Counted from the first letter of the stretch, positions 11,501 to 24,849 are shown. The stretch: 60,592 bases of DNA from Nemertoderma westbladi (GCA_032718475.1 JAUCBJ010004648.1:1-60592); one strand, 5' to 3'. Numbers and translations: made by a program. The notes: a model not told the origin generated them from the letters alone.

Positions 11501-14500
11501 TATGATCCCAAAAGCCTGGATGGTCATCCAGTACTCTACCGGTTTCTGGTTGAGGTCTCCTTCAGGCCACCACAGAAATCTCAGACTGTCTCTATCTCTA
11601 TCCAGCGCCTTGACTTGTAAGAACATTCCTTCTATATCGGAGGCGAACGCGATGGAATATTGTCTTAATCTCAAAAGTATTCCCAACAAAGATTGGAGTA
11701 AGTTGGGTCCTGGTAACAACTCGGAATTGAGGGATTGGCCCATATATAGGGCGGAGCCATCGAATACGACTCGTACTTCGTGGGGTTTACCGGGTTTGGG
11801 AACGTAATGATGTGTTAAGTAATACGTTCTCTCAGTCACTGGTGTTCCCTCCGGTACTCGCTCCGCGTATCCCTTTTTTATAAATTTCTTCAATTGAGTT
11901 TGGTACATTTCTTTAGCTGAAGCATTAGCCGTAAGGCGTCGATGTAATTGAGCGATTCTTTTCTCTGCCAAGGGTCTGTTATTTATAAATCTAGGTTCTC
12001 GTTTTCGAAATGGTAGGCCGATTTCATATCTACCTTGGTCCTTTAAAAAACGTGTAGTTGTTTCCTGGATTTGCTTGGCTCTTTCTTCTTCTATCGATAG
12101 AGCCTTATCGTATGAATTGGGCTCTACCAGTTCTTGAGTAAAGAATCGTACGGCTAGTTCGTCCCGAGTTCTAGCGTTGTAGCGCTCTATCTCATCGTTT
12201 AGTTCGTCATTGTAAGCAATGGGTTCCGATGGGCGTATCAGTTGACATAGGTTCACCTGATTTTTCCAAGTTTTGTTTTCTGTAAGTAGGTCGATTGTGT
12301 TCTCTTCATCGAAGAGTTGGTAGATGTCGTCATTATCTGAGGAGTATGGTGTTCCCTCAGTTAGTTCGTCCACCTCACTGCTCTCCTCTTCCCAATCGTT
12401 TACTTGGTATATTCGTTCTTGTGGCATTCTCTCTTCGAGAGTCCTGCGGGAAGGGCCAGTAAAGTACCAACCTACTCTAGTTCTTACTGCATAGGTTTGC
12501 AGTGGCTGCGGTTGAGCAGGCCGTTTCTCCAATGTTTCGAGCGCCTCATGCGCGTTTTGGCCGATGAGTATTTGCACTCCAGGATAATCTGTCTGGAATC
12601 GAGGTATCTTAAGATGTTGGATACTCTCATCCTCGTCCCAATTATAAAGGTCTGCCTGAGTAGTAGCGAAGTTCTTTATAGCCACCATTTTTACCGACCT
12701 TATACCTTGTACTCCTAATTTATCCTGGGGGGTGGACAACACACCTACATAGTAATCTGCCGTTAGGGTAGATTTCCAAACCTGCATAATTCCTGACATA
12801 TTCAATTTAGTCCGGACTTTGGGTTGTCCAGCAAAGATATCTTCGGCTAATTCTTGATCGATGAATGTTCCTGTGCTGCCGGAGTCAAGGAGTGCGTTCA
12901 CTATGTAACTGTGGTTAGGACCGTGAACTCTTACCTGCACTACAGGAAATTCTCTGATTCCTACGTTGGAAGTTGGAGCTTTCCAAGATGGTTGTTTGGC
13001 AAAAGTAGTTGTGGGAAACTCATTGTTGGTGTCCTTTTTATAAGTACACTTTACGTCGGAGTAACAGGTTCGCCGTTGGTGTCCTGGTCTGAGGCAATTA
13101 TAGCATAACCGCTTATCCCATACGACTGCACGTCTGTCTACAAGGGATTTCTTTAGAAATTCAGCACACGCACTCAAACGGTGGGTACCGTCGCACAGCG
13201 CACAGTTAGGTTTTATGTTACTCACTTTACCTTGGTTAACCTGATGCACTCTCGTTCTTTGTTCGGGCTTTCTTACGTGCATTCTGTTAGGGGACTGAGG
13301 AGGGGTCTTGGCAACCTGTTCTCTCCTATCGTTGGTTCGAGCTTTATATTTACTTACGTCTTTTGAGGTTTTGCCAACATAGTAAGATCGATCAGTGTCT
13401 TTCCCGCTGTCCTCTTCTTGAGAAGCTTGGCTTTCGCCGTCGTCAGTGTAACACACCGGTGTTACTCTTCTCCTAGAAGCGGGTTTCTCACTTACCTTAT
13501 TTTCCGATGTTTTCTCTCTGGACTGCTTGATGAGTTGTAGTTTTACTTCACCATCTAAGAAGGACATGAGATCAGCCATGGTAGGGCTTCGTCGTTGTTG
13601 TTCATTCATGTACAACACTTTCTTGTCCCAGCGTGTACATACTCCACCCTTTGGTAAAGTAGAGACTACGGCTCCAATAACCATGGAACTCTGATATTCA
13701 TGAGACTTACCTAACCAGTCCAATTGTCTACAGATCTCCTGAATCTCATCGGAAAACTCTATAATCCCGCTACTAAGGAAGTTTCGGGGGGCTACTAATT
13801 TTGCATACAAATACTTAGCTATGTTATCCTTGTTACCATACCTGATGTTTAATGTATCCCAAACTTGTCTTAATCCTTCTGGATGTCCAATAAACTTTAA
13901 CGCCATTAACTTGGGAGGTCCTTCCAAGCACTTGATGAGGAATCTAAGTTTCTCTCCGTTAGATAGTACAGAGTTCTGTATGCTATCTTTGTAATATTCA
14001 TTGAAAGGTAACCATTTCATCTCATCTCCATTGAATTTAACGATCTCTCCCACTTTGACCGCTTGGCGGGCTTCTGTTCTAGCCATCTGACGCGTAAAGC
14101 TTTCTTGGGCCATCGTGTTATTTAATATCGAATTATCGGTATATAAATTTCTCGGATCATTATCAGGTCTATAGGGAATATCATTAACAACAGATTTATA
14201 ATCACCCTTAATAGGGTTTGCTATAGGAGTTTCTACTTCACTAGCAGTATAGATGCGTGTAGGCTCCACACCTTGCGCATGTAATACTTCAGACCTAACA
14301 GGTTGACACAATGTTACTGGGGGTATTGGTATGCCCTTTTGTATGTTGACTAATTTGTCGCGTTCTAGTGCGATACTTTGCTGCACTTCTTGCAATTCTG
14401 CCCTACCTTCCCTTACTGTTCCCTTAAGTTGGTGGACAGTCTCCTGCATCTGTCCGAGCAGGAGATTCATCCCCCGCCGTCCCTCCTCTACCCACTCGAC

Positions 14501-16351
14501 CGCCGAAGCGGGAGTCGCCAACATTGTAGCGGGCTGACGCGGGACGACGGGAGACAAATCTTTGATTTCTCTCTCAGCTTCCAGGACAGGGATATTCTCA
14601 TGGACTGTTCTACCGGGTACAGGCAGTGTAGTACTGTGCAAAGGGAACTTAGAGTTAAGCTCTGGAAGTACAGGGGTCTCTAGCACAGGAGTGACTTTGG
14701 TAACGACAGGCCTAATTATTTCAGGCTCATCAACTATAGTAGGGAGTTTTTTGACCTTAATAATTTGGTCTGTAGGTTCTATTCTACCTAAGTCTGTGCT
14801 AGCTAGTTGCCTTCTCACAGCTGGGGGCAAATCAGGCAATTTGTGATGGTAAGATGTTTTTCTACGCCTGCTTAGACGAGATCTATTTCCTCCGCCTTCA
14901 GGATCGGTGGTTTCGCTTTCCTCCGATGACGTATATCCCTGGCGTTTGGGAGTAGATCTTCTCATCATCTGCATGTGACTAGCAGTTAACTGTTTATTTA
15001 TGTTGTCTTGCGTCTCTTGCAGATTTTCCAACTCCAGTTGGGTAGTCTCCTCAGAGGCTCTCCGTTCTGCTTCTGCCACTGCCTTAGCTGCTTTTCTTTC
15101 TGCTTCTGCTTCTGCCGCCGCTGCCTTTCTTTCTGCTTCCACTTCGGCCATTGCCGCTGTTACTGCAGCTGCCTTTCGGTCCTCTATCCGTTTTTTCTTT
15201 ACTTGTTCTTCTTGGACTCTAGTGAGGCGGAGTTTTTCATCAAATTCAGCTTGGTTAGCAGCTAACATTTCAGCATCGATTGAGTCTAACACACGCTGGG
15301 TTCCTTCACTATTAGGGGAAAGTCCAGACAGCCGTCTCCTCAACTCTTCGTCTCCTAGGAATCGCTGATAGTCGGACAGATAAATGTCGATGGCGTCTCT
15401 CGTTCGTGGTCTCTCTGCGGTCTCTTCGCCTTCCACTTGAGAAAGGGTGGCATCGGTTGGTTCTTCATAGGTTAGTCTCTCAGACAGCTGGGATTTCCAC
15501 TGGTCCGTTTCTTATACTTTGAGACCTACCCGCTGGAACCAAGTTTTGACAGCAACCTGCAGCGACGTGTCCTGTCTTCTTTTGGAAGTTTCCTCAAAGG
15601 CTGATAGGATTAGTCTAATGCGTAGGGTTCTTTCACGTACTTGATAAAGCAGCTCTTCCTGCTCTTGAGGTCCTTGGGGTTGTCGAAACAATTGTTCTTC
15701 CAATCGCTCTAAGGAGCCGAAGAATCCCTGCACATATCCTGCTGCCGACCTCTTCCAAACAGCTGGATACATCGTATCTTTAGCCACTCCCATCCTGTGT
15801 ATATCTTCCCAAGTAGCTTCGGACAAATCTAACGGGAGTCCGGGTCCGGGAAAGTTCCATTGTGACTCGACAATAGACATCAATTCTTCCCTGGCGTATC
15901 CCGCATAATTATCTTGGGTCGCTCTCATACTTCTCGCCCAATCGGCTTGATGTTCTTCCACCACAATCAATATAGTAGTTAGTACTGCGGCAGGAAGGGT
16001 GAGAAGGGGGTCCGAGTAGGCTGTAGCCGCCATCTGCAATCCGCGTTCGGGGGTCAGCTCTACAGTATCCGAACTACTGGAGCTATCTGATCGCTGGGAA
16101 CAAGTTTCTTGGCTAGGATGTTGCTGCTGTTGGACAGCTGCTTCCTGGTTCCGTTTGACTTGGGCCCGAGTGCCGATGATAGACCTACGGTGTTGGATTA
16201 GCTTAGGGTCTGATACTACTACTGGAGGGATGACCTTTCTTTCAGTAGGAGGTGAGCTGAACTCCTTTCTTAATCGCTCCACACTCCTATCTGTGTCACA
16301 GATGGTTGTATCGATTAGACTGTCTGACAGGTTTTGCTGGGTGTCAGACAT
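8522..16351 (-). CDS. BEL/Pao gag-pol polyprotein of element A (single frame, one in-frame TAA at 15512-15514)
   Basis: ORFs 16351-15512 and 15436-8522 are in the same frame; element B has CAA at the stop position. Motifs: gag KFNGD..W..F, Cys/His knuckles, protease LLDSGS, RT YMDD, RNase H VFGDASD, integrase H..H/CIPC, DLFGP, SDKG, WERLIRSVK. Confidence 0.93.
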
Positions 16352-17688
16352 ATTTAGCTATACAGTTGAATGTCTACTGCTATAGTTACAGTTAAAGCAA
16401 GTCTATTAATTCAGTATGACCGTTGGCCTAGTACCGGTAATTTATTGCAGTATATTAGAATACCGGTATACACTTATAATATATATAAGTATTGTAAACT
16501 AGTTTTGTCACAGAGTACCGATATATAAATTTAGCACAAATATATATAAATATATAATAGGCCTATCGTGAATACCGGTATACAGCTTACACTTATAGTA
16601 TATATAAGTATAATTATGAACTAGAATTAATTACAGAGTACCGGTATGATTTCAGCCCAAATTTATAGAAATAAATATAATAAGCCTATGGTAAATACCG
16701 GTATGTCAATTATTTTAGAATAATTGAATTTCTGAATATTTTAGGGTTACTTGGTTACTTTAACTTACTTTATTACCGTTATTTAAGCAGTAGTCCAACT
16801 GATATTGAGACCTAGTTGTTGGATGGCAGGCCTACTGTTTATAAATCGTTTGAGTTGATTTATAATAGATAGATACCCGTTTAAAATGGGTTTTGTCAAT
16901 ATTTGAAATAAATGTTATTATTTCTGGGGAAGTCACTACACAGAAGCTGTGCGCTCTCAGTGAAGTGCTACTTATGGGACACTAAAACAGATTATTCTAA
17001 TTTACCTAAGTTACTTAATACTACAAATTACTTACGATACGGGTGAAATTAATTCTTTAATTAAAACACAACAAAATATTATGTACGAAATTTTAGGGTA
17101 ATTTTACAGGAAGTCTACAAACCAGCCTAACAAAGGGTTAGAATTCTGGTTATTACAAAGGACAGGGTACTGCGGTATTTGAAAATAATAAGTAGTAGTA
17201 AATATATTGCACTGTCCAGATAGGAAAATACCACCGCCTGACGACCTATAGCCGTATCGCTATAGGTACTACGTTATGTATCACCTACCTGGAAGTTAAT
17301 TACCGCGGACTACCAGATCCAACGTGCCTATTAACCACTTTAGAACACAAATATACTGCCTACACACTAATTACCTTCGGAAAGCACTGTACACTAAACC
17401 CTAAATTAGGTACAAGTACTGGTACAACAAATAATCTGTAGTTAAATATACTTGAACAGTTAAAAGAACCACGGCATCTGCTGGAGTGACCGAAGCACAA
17501 AGTCACCAGTCTTTTCCTACGCCAAGCAGCCCGTGTAGTACCAGGGTTAATTTAACTATAACGGTATGTGTAACAAACACAATTACTGTAGGAATAAACT
17601 TGGGGACATGAATGTTGCGAATAATCGCATAAACTCTGAATAATAAATATTACGCTACCCGTACAGAATACTCAAACAAATACAAACC

Positions 17689-18230
17689 AAACGCTGGCAG
17701 ACTACCACCAAGCCTAAATAAACTACCGTACGTGTAGATTCCGAAATGGTTAGTTAGTATGCGTTCTAACACGGTAGTACGACTTATTCTTTAAGAGGGG
17801 ATTGACCTTACAGCTATGGCTGCCCCAACTTACTAACTGGCACTTTATCAGACAAACTCTACACACGCAGCAATCTCTTCAGACCTAATAATAGCTAGAC
17901 AACAATCCAGCCTACAAAATATCTGAGTAATAACTATTACGGTACCTGAACAGACCACACAAACAAACACAGGCCAAAACGCTGGCAGAATACTGTCAAG
18001 CCTAAATAAACTACAGTATGTGCAGATTCCAAAATGGTTAGTTAGTATGCGTTCTAACACGGTAGTACGACTTATTCTTTAAGAGGGGATTGACCTTACA
18101 GCTATGGCTGCCCCAACTTACTAACTGGCACTCTATCGGACAAACTCTACACACGCCGTAATCTCTCTAAACCCAACAACAATCTAACAACAGTCCGGCC
18201 TACAATTATCTGAACAATCTGAGCAGACTT
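17689..18230. repeat. ~288-bp tandem duplication in the 5' leader of element A
   Basis: AAACGCTGGCAGA...GCCTAAATAAACTAC... starts at ~17689 and again at ~17977; single copy in element B. Confidence 0.85.
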
Positions 18231-18388
18231 ACACGTCTTCAGCTCAATATTAACTTACTAGGAAATAAAACCGACAGAAATAAGTAAAATCTCAATAAAA
18301 AACCAGGGCTGCAGTCCCTGATTAAATACTAAGACCTACCGGTATACAATAATCAAAATCGAATAATACTAATGTACTTATACTGGAA

Positions 18389-18511
18389 GTACCGGTTAGG
18401 ACAGTTGGGCCTACGGACCTACAGAAGTACCGGTTCTGGCAGTTGGACCTACGGACCTACAGCAGTACCGGTTCTGGCAGTTGGGCCTACTGACCTACAG
18501 AAGTACCGGTT
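18389..18511. repeat. 38-bp tandem repeat, three copies plus a partial
   Basis: GTACCGGTTCTGGCAGTTGGRCCTACGGACCTACAGAA-like units start at 18389, 18427, 18465 and 18503. Confidence 0.9.
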
Positions 18512-18566
18512 CAGGTTTACCGGTCGACCGGTACTTTCAACTTTATTGCTTACTGCAATAAAGACA

Positions 18567-18577
18567 ATAACTGTTAT
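18567..18577 (-). promoter_or_regulatory. Non-tRNA primer-binding site of element A (sense ATAACAGTTAT)
   Basis: Directly follows the 5' LTR, lacks the TGG expected for tRNA CCA pairing, and is complementary to LTR motif 2136-2146. Confidence 0.65.
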
Positions 18578-19698
18578 TGTACGCGCTTTTGAAGACCTTT
18601 AGCAGTTTAACCTGCCAAAATTTATATGTCTTTTGGTTTATAAATAGAGTTTAGAAGTTGACAAATATTTAATACCAATAAACACAACATTAGCAGAAGC
18701 CAGCCTAGTGCGCGTCCATTCACCCGCTGGATATACCCGGGGGGCTGGATTCTGAGGGCTTAGATTATTATTGCAGTGTAAGCTTACTGTATTATTCGAT
18801 TGATCGTTAATAAATAATTTCTGACTAATATTATTCACTTTCGGGAAATATTAACAGTTCCTTTAGGACGTGGCGCTCTATCTAGGTAAACAGAGATATG
18901 ACTTATACTAATCACAACGGTAAGTCGGTAAGGCTTATGATTCACGTATGAGGCGCATTCTTTAGGAAATGCTTAGTTATCAGTCACAATCAGGCACACT
19001 ACCGGTAACACACAATACTGCTCACTAATTTGCAGACCGTCAATGAATTTTATCATATATAAAGAGAACAGCAATGGACCCATGTAGTGCTTATCAAATA
19101 GCATTAAATTCACTACAAACCACAATAATATAAGTCGCAATCGCTATATATAACCCGTCTCTCTAACCTGTAGTGTATCAAGAAAATTGGGAAATTTGGG
19201 TTCTTTATATATGTTCTCCAAATAATATTCAACCAAAACACAACAGTAAACAGCAGTATAATAATGTATGTTGAACCGATAATGTAAGACTGAATTGAGA
19301 TAAGATAAGATAACAGAAACGAATTAACTCTAGAGCCGGTGTTCCTGGCCTAGATAGAAACAACACAAAGTATCAAAGAAAAAACAGTAAGACTGAACGC
19401 TCTAGCATGATCTGCCAAAAGCTCCACATCGACAGAAAAAATCGCTCTGATTGGCTGTTAAGCAAACAAAGAACCATGTGTCCAATGGCCGTTTCCATGT
19501 CAGCAACCAGCTGTTAGATGTCGTAATCTGAATCATCAAGGCTAAGCTGTGCAAGGGTATTTGGTGCATTGCGGGTTTTTTGCCTTACCATGTCCTCCAA
19601 AGCACGTATCTAGAAGAATGACTTTTATGTCCGTTAAAACACCTATAACGGTACCTTGCGGGCGAGGGGGACTGAGTATATCCGCAAAAGCTTTTACA
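18578..19698 (-). repeat. 5' LTR of element A (1121 bp)
   Basis: Direct repeat of 1404-2571, TG...CA, followed by TSD GTGTT. Confidence 0.97.
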
Positions 19699-20651
19699 GT
19701 GTTGATCCTGAAATAATCTAAATTTGCTGCCAAAAAGCAAGTTAGTAGTAGTATGTTTATTGACATTAATAATAAAGGATATTATTAACATAAACAAAGG
19801 ACAGCATAATCACAAATAACCAAGAAATGGGAAAATGATGGAACTATACCTATAGTAAACTGTATTCAAAAAATGTACTTTTTAATGTCCAATATATTCA
19901 AAGGATTAAGCTAAGCAATCATAGTTCGAAAATATAATAATTAGTACAGTAACATTTTAATCGCCAAGACCTGTATTACTTCCTATATGCACATAATGAC
20001 CGTACATTATTACTATTGCCATAGACCAATACATTCCTATTATCAAGATATAAACCTTCATACAGTATTTGGTACAGTAGCATTTTAATCACCGTAGACC
20101 TGTATTACATAGATAGTTTAGTGAAATAGCTTGCTATATTGTTCAGAGCAAAACAATTCATTGTGAAAAAACACAATGTAAACTCCCGATTTCCTCGTTG
20201 TAAACCCACAATTTTGCACCGAAAATGTAGCTTTGATCTTTTTAATAATAGTTGGTTTCAGTATATTGTTATACAATTTACAGTAGAAAGCGTAGGTCTA
20301 CAGAATATACGTTGTGGGGTATTCCTAGCGAGAATTGGAAAATTTCAGGACATCCAATTCCTAGACCCCCTGCCAAAATGAATCTCGAGTCTCACAGAAT
20401 AAGAAACTACTATGTAGTGGGATGATCCTAATGGGAATTGAAAAATTTCGATTTCAATTATGCGAGTTTTATCGAGGTTCAGTATTGTCAAATCGGAGCA
20501 TCCCATTGCTTCACTCCGGAACCTCCTGAGTCTAAAAATTTGGGAGTGACCATATAGTAAGTGTACCAAAGATGAGATACATGAAATGTGTTACACCAAG
20601 TCCACCAAATAAAGAGTGCTATTTGTGTATAATGGTTTATTTCCAGCAAAA

Positions 20652-20858
20652 TTAATTGGAAAAGTGTGCGTAAACCATCACTTCACATATGTTCATTGCA
20701 TGACCATTGTCGGTGAAAATGACCACATATCTTCCTCTCTTTCCGTTGCAGTTAATTTGAGTTAGCCAATTTCCATTTGGAACAGTTCCGCACAAAGGTT
20801 CACCATTCCATCTTAGGCCATTCAGCAAAGCTGATGAAACGCTGTTTACAACATGTAC
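20652..20858 (-). CDS. Host gene terminal exon: C-terminal half of an F-type lectin (fucolectin) domain
   Basis: After a TTAAG acceptor it reads VHVVNS...PLCGTVP...INCNGKRGRYVVIFTDNGHAMNICEVMVYAHFSN*. GRYV and CEV motifs are typical of the family. Phase 0 matches the donor at 56741. Confidence 0.85.
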   Translation of the reverse strand, partial: VHVVNSVSSALLNGLRWNGEPLCGTVPNGNWLTQINCNGKRGRYVVIFTDNGHAMNICEVMVYAHFSN

Positions 20859-21055
20859 CTTAAGTAAATAATCACAATAATACCATTAAAATTAAATATA
20901 ACTAAATTATATTGATATAAAAAATATCCATAAATTTTCCAAAAATATAAAGTTCACAACACTTAACTAATCCTTCTCAGAGCCATAATGTGCTTATTTA
21001 TCAAAAAAATATAATGAGCTACACGACCTTTACCACGACTTTGCCAAACAACAAC

Positions 21056-24000
21056 TCAGGTCAGGTATTCTATGTCATTGATCAATAAAACTTGCCACCT
21101 CCATGCAGCATAAAGGAGGTGCCACCTGTGGTGGCTGCATAGACCGACCCTGTTACTAGGCAAATCTGGTCCTGTAACTAGGACCCCCTTCGTTCTGGGA
21201 TAAGGACGCCCTTGGTCCTGGATTAAGAATCCATATACTTGGCTGCAGGGGTATATGGCCTGGCCAGGCAGATGGTGATCTACCAATGGCTGGTCAGGAG
21301 TAAAGTGTTCTCATGTCCACTCTGAGTGCACTTCACTGCGACCTGCACCTGGCAGCAGGGGTACAGGGAATGGCCCAGCAGATGAGCTACATAGCCAATG
21401 GTGGGTCATGTGCCTCATATCTGACTACAATGCGACACCCATCCTGTGAAATGGCAAACCAGGGTGTGGTATTTGCCCCGAGAGCTGACTCGGCAAAAAA
21501 GCACCCCCAACCCCAACTATGGATTATATTAGTAATGCGGAGGTCCGGCAACTAGAGGCCAGTGGAATTACCGGACACAATTGGCCTCACAGGCGTCAGT
21601 TATCTCCTGACCGGCTGCCTGTCTCACCCCCTACTAGAGAGTATGGCCAACAATTCTGATGACCTTTCTGGCCCAAAACCTGGGTCACCAGGGAGGCCAG
21701 ATTGTGAGGGGGAGAGAGATTCTGGAGTTGGAGCCTACTCTCATGTTCCACCTCGAACAACAAAGCCATTGGTGAATCTGAGGCAAGTCACTAGACTAGC
21801 CGCGGTTAACACCCTAACACTCGGGTCCCCAATGCGACAAGGTGAGCTGACTGCCTTGGCAGATAAGCTTTCTTTTAGCGCAGTGGGTATTCAAGAGCAC
21901 CGAATGCAGACTGGACAGACTGATGAGGTTCTGATTAAGGACATGGGGGTGGTTGGTGACTCGCCCTCGCCTCAGCACATAATAGTGGCAATGGTGGAAT
22001 TCGACTATTGATGAATCCATCTGCACATGTAGCATTGGACAAAAAGACCAAATCTCTAACCACATTATCCGTTGCTACTTCTCATATTCTGGAAGACTGG
22101 TAAGCCTACTGTAAGGTGGTTCTGATTGTGTGCTATTCTCCAACTAGTGTTGCCTCAGTAAAAGAGGTGGAAAATTTCTACCACAATCTACAAGCAGCTA
22201 CTGATGGAGTGGATCAGCATGCATTCTTAACATTCCTGGGAGACTTTAATGCAAGTCTGCATTAATCACCTACATCACCATGGGTCTATAGTGATAATGT
22301 TAACCGAAATTCCGTCCACCTTCAGAATTTCATCTCTGGAAATGGATTGTTTTCAGCTGGAACCCCATTTCAAAGAAGCGAACTGGAAAGCTATGGACTC
22401 ATAGTGGGCCCAGTGGTCACAAGTCCCAGATAGACCACATTCTGTTTCGTAGAAAATACAGGAGCTCGATACAAGACTGTAATGCATTTACACGTTGACC
22501 CTTCTCCAGTGATCACCGCCTTATTATGGCCATGGTAAGACTTAGTGTGTGTTCTAGCAGAACAACGAAAATATCAGCAAGAAAATATTAGAAAATAACA
22601 AACATAAAATAATAAAATTAGCAAGAAAATATCAGCGCCGGAGACATGGTCCTAATAGTCGATTCGGATCTTCCCCGCAAGAGGTGGCAGATAGGTAGTA
22701 TCATTGAGACCCATATATCTAACGACGGATTAGTGCAATCGGTAGAACTCGTAGTTATGAGGCTCATCTATCCCATCATAGTAGACATGTACAGAACTAC
22801 AAGAATCCCACAAGAAATGAAAATAATAAAAAATAAGTTGGTGCCAGTTTTTAAAGAAGGGCAACCTAACACTCTATGGTTCTTTTCAGGGAATCTCATT
22901 GATCTTGATTGCTGCAAAGCTATACAATAGAATTCGATTACACCGCATCAGGGATCCCATTGAGAGACTGCTCGGTGGAAATCAGAATGGGTTCCGTAAA
23001 GGTCGTGGGACCATGGAGCCCAATTTGGCACTTAGAAGGATAATTGAAGTGTGATAAAAAAATAAAAAAAGTGTGATAATTGAAGAATTATCAAAAAAGA
23101 AAGACATGCATCTGGCTGTTATCGTTGTTGACTTCTTCTAGGCCTTTGATTCAGTCTCTCGCTGACGTATGTTCAGCATACTTTCATTATATGGGATTCC
23201 TGATAAAATTATTGCAGCAATCAAATCATTATAATATGATGGTTGGACAACATTTGTGTCTTCTGTTTATGGTGACACAGAACCATTTGAAGTATTATGG
23301 AAAGTCCTCCAAGGAGACACACTTGCGCCATTCTATGTTCAACTCATGTCCTTAGATCATCATAATGATGATGGGGTGATAGTAACTAATGAGCAGAGGA
23401 TCCCAATGGCTCCTCTGCTCATTAGAACAGGCTGCTTCTAGTGTTGGTCTTTTTATTAACTCAAATTTTTGGGGAGTTAACTTTGAAAGTCCTCAGCAAG
23501 TCTCTGACCGGATATGCATAAGCTCAAAGGATGGTTTGAAAGAGCATGTGGATGACTTATGTTAACTGGGATCATGGATCCGGAAATCAGGTGAGGACCT
23601 TCGAATACGTAAGGGAAAGGCATGGGCAGCCTTGAATAGGCTTTCCAGGATTTGGACGTCACAGAGAATTATTCGGAAACTTAAGGTCCGATTATTTAGA
23701 GCAGCAGTAGTTCCAGTACTCCTCTATGGGAGTCCATGCTGGGCTCTATCTGCTGAGGACACCAAATCTCTGGATGGCACATTCACAAGAATGCTACGCC
23801 GGGTTCATTGTGTCAAGTATGTACAATGCACACATCTCCAATTAGACACTATATATCATTGGAGGTGTCTCATTGGTTCCCCCAAGCTTGACACTAGAAC
23901 AAAATCGCCTCCGCTTTGCTGGACATTGCTTTCGCCGTGAGGACCAACCAGTGCATAATCTTGTGCTTTGGAAGCCTTATGGAGAGAGCCTTATGCAGCC

Positions 24001-24171
24001 CATGACTTTCTTGAGACGCATCTTAAAGGACACTTGCGTCGAAGATGCGGATGATCTAGCACATGTCTTGGCTGATCGGAAGTTGTGGTGGCGCAATTTT
24101 GTCGACAGTCCGGCACAGCATTCTTGAATATGCATCTGCAATGCAGCATGCCGATGCTAGTAGTAGTAGTA
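21056..24171 (+). mobile_element. Decayed RTE-group non-LTR retrotransposon
   Basis: APE motifs (IQEHR, YSPT, GDFNA, QIDHIL, SDHR); RT motifs (QNGFRKGRGT, VDF..AFDS, VLQGDTLAPF); C-terminal RLRFAGHCFR; (TAG)n tail; many frameshifts. Confidence 0.85.
22620..22762 (+). mobile_element. Isolated BEL integrase C-terminal fragment embedded in the LINE
   Basis: QENISAGDMVLIVDSDLPRKRWQIG..ETHISNDGLVQSVELVVMR matches element A at ~8697-8840. Confidence 0.85.
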
Positions 24172-24439
24172 CCAAACCAATTAAGGCTCCCACATACAAT
24201 CTTTCACTAGGATCCATCATTTGATGCTATTGTATAGCTTCGCATCAATAGGAATTCCACAAAAAGATCCAAAAACTGTTACGTTTTCATCCTTGCGAAA
24301 TGGCACGAACGTATTTGTTATAATTTCTTGTGGGAATAATCTGATCGTTCTGTCAATGTCTATGATGATGGGGGGGGGGGGGGGGGAAACTATCTATCTA
24401 CTCCCTTGGTACGGTTGGTCTTAATGCTATTTGTAGCAG

Positions 24440-24760
24440 TCATGATGTCACCAGCGATGTCACCAATGGAAATATCTGTGAGTAAGGACTCAGACACAGG
24501 ATGTAACGCAATGTTATCAGGCAATAACCTGTCATTATTTAGGAGCTTCTCAAAGTGGACATTTCAACCATTGAGGTGATCAGATGGAGATTCAGCCTTT
24601 TAACCTTGGTGGTTGATTGGCTTTTCCTGTCTGTCAGCAAGTTAATCGATTGCAATGCCTGTGGCGATTTCCTGCTGGCATTAAAATTTGTTATGTTGTC
24701 AACTTGATGATTGATAACTCCTGCAGATTAGGAGAGTACTACTGCCATTGTTTAGGGATC
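24440..24760 (-). mobile_element. RTE-like LINE linker fragment, inverted
   Basis: Degenerate translation resembles the linker motif HFEKLLN; low confidence. Confidence 0.4.
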
Positions 24761-24849
24761 TAGGGATTTATGGATCTATCTTGTTTTGTTTAGCCTAACT
24801 GCATAACGTAAAATGTATCCGGTATTGCCTAGGACTGGAGAGCCGCACC

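Larger units (their letters stand above)
1404..19698 (-). mobile_element. Element A: full-length BEL/Pao LTR retrotransposon (~18.3 kb) with an extra ORF
   Basis: Two near-identical TG...CA LTRs; 5-bp TSD GTGTT at 1399-1403 and 19699-19703; gag-PR-RT-RH-IN polyprotein with BEL/Pao motifs. Confidence 0.97.

Noticed and set aside
8895-15368. Numerous antisense or alternate-frame ORFs (e.g. 11163-11807)
   Set aside because: They are shadows of the long gag-pol frame with no independent motifs.
18389-18511. CRISPR-like array
   Set aside because: Head-to-tail 38-bp units with no unique spacers, no cas genes and a eukaryotic context.
21375-21400. Hammerhead ribozyme-like CAGATGA-GCTA..TAGC in the LINE 5' region
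   Set aside because: The core deviates from CUGANGA and the GAAA motif is missing. I also could not build an HDV-like fold by eye.
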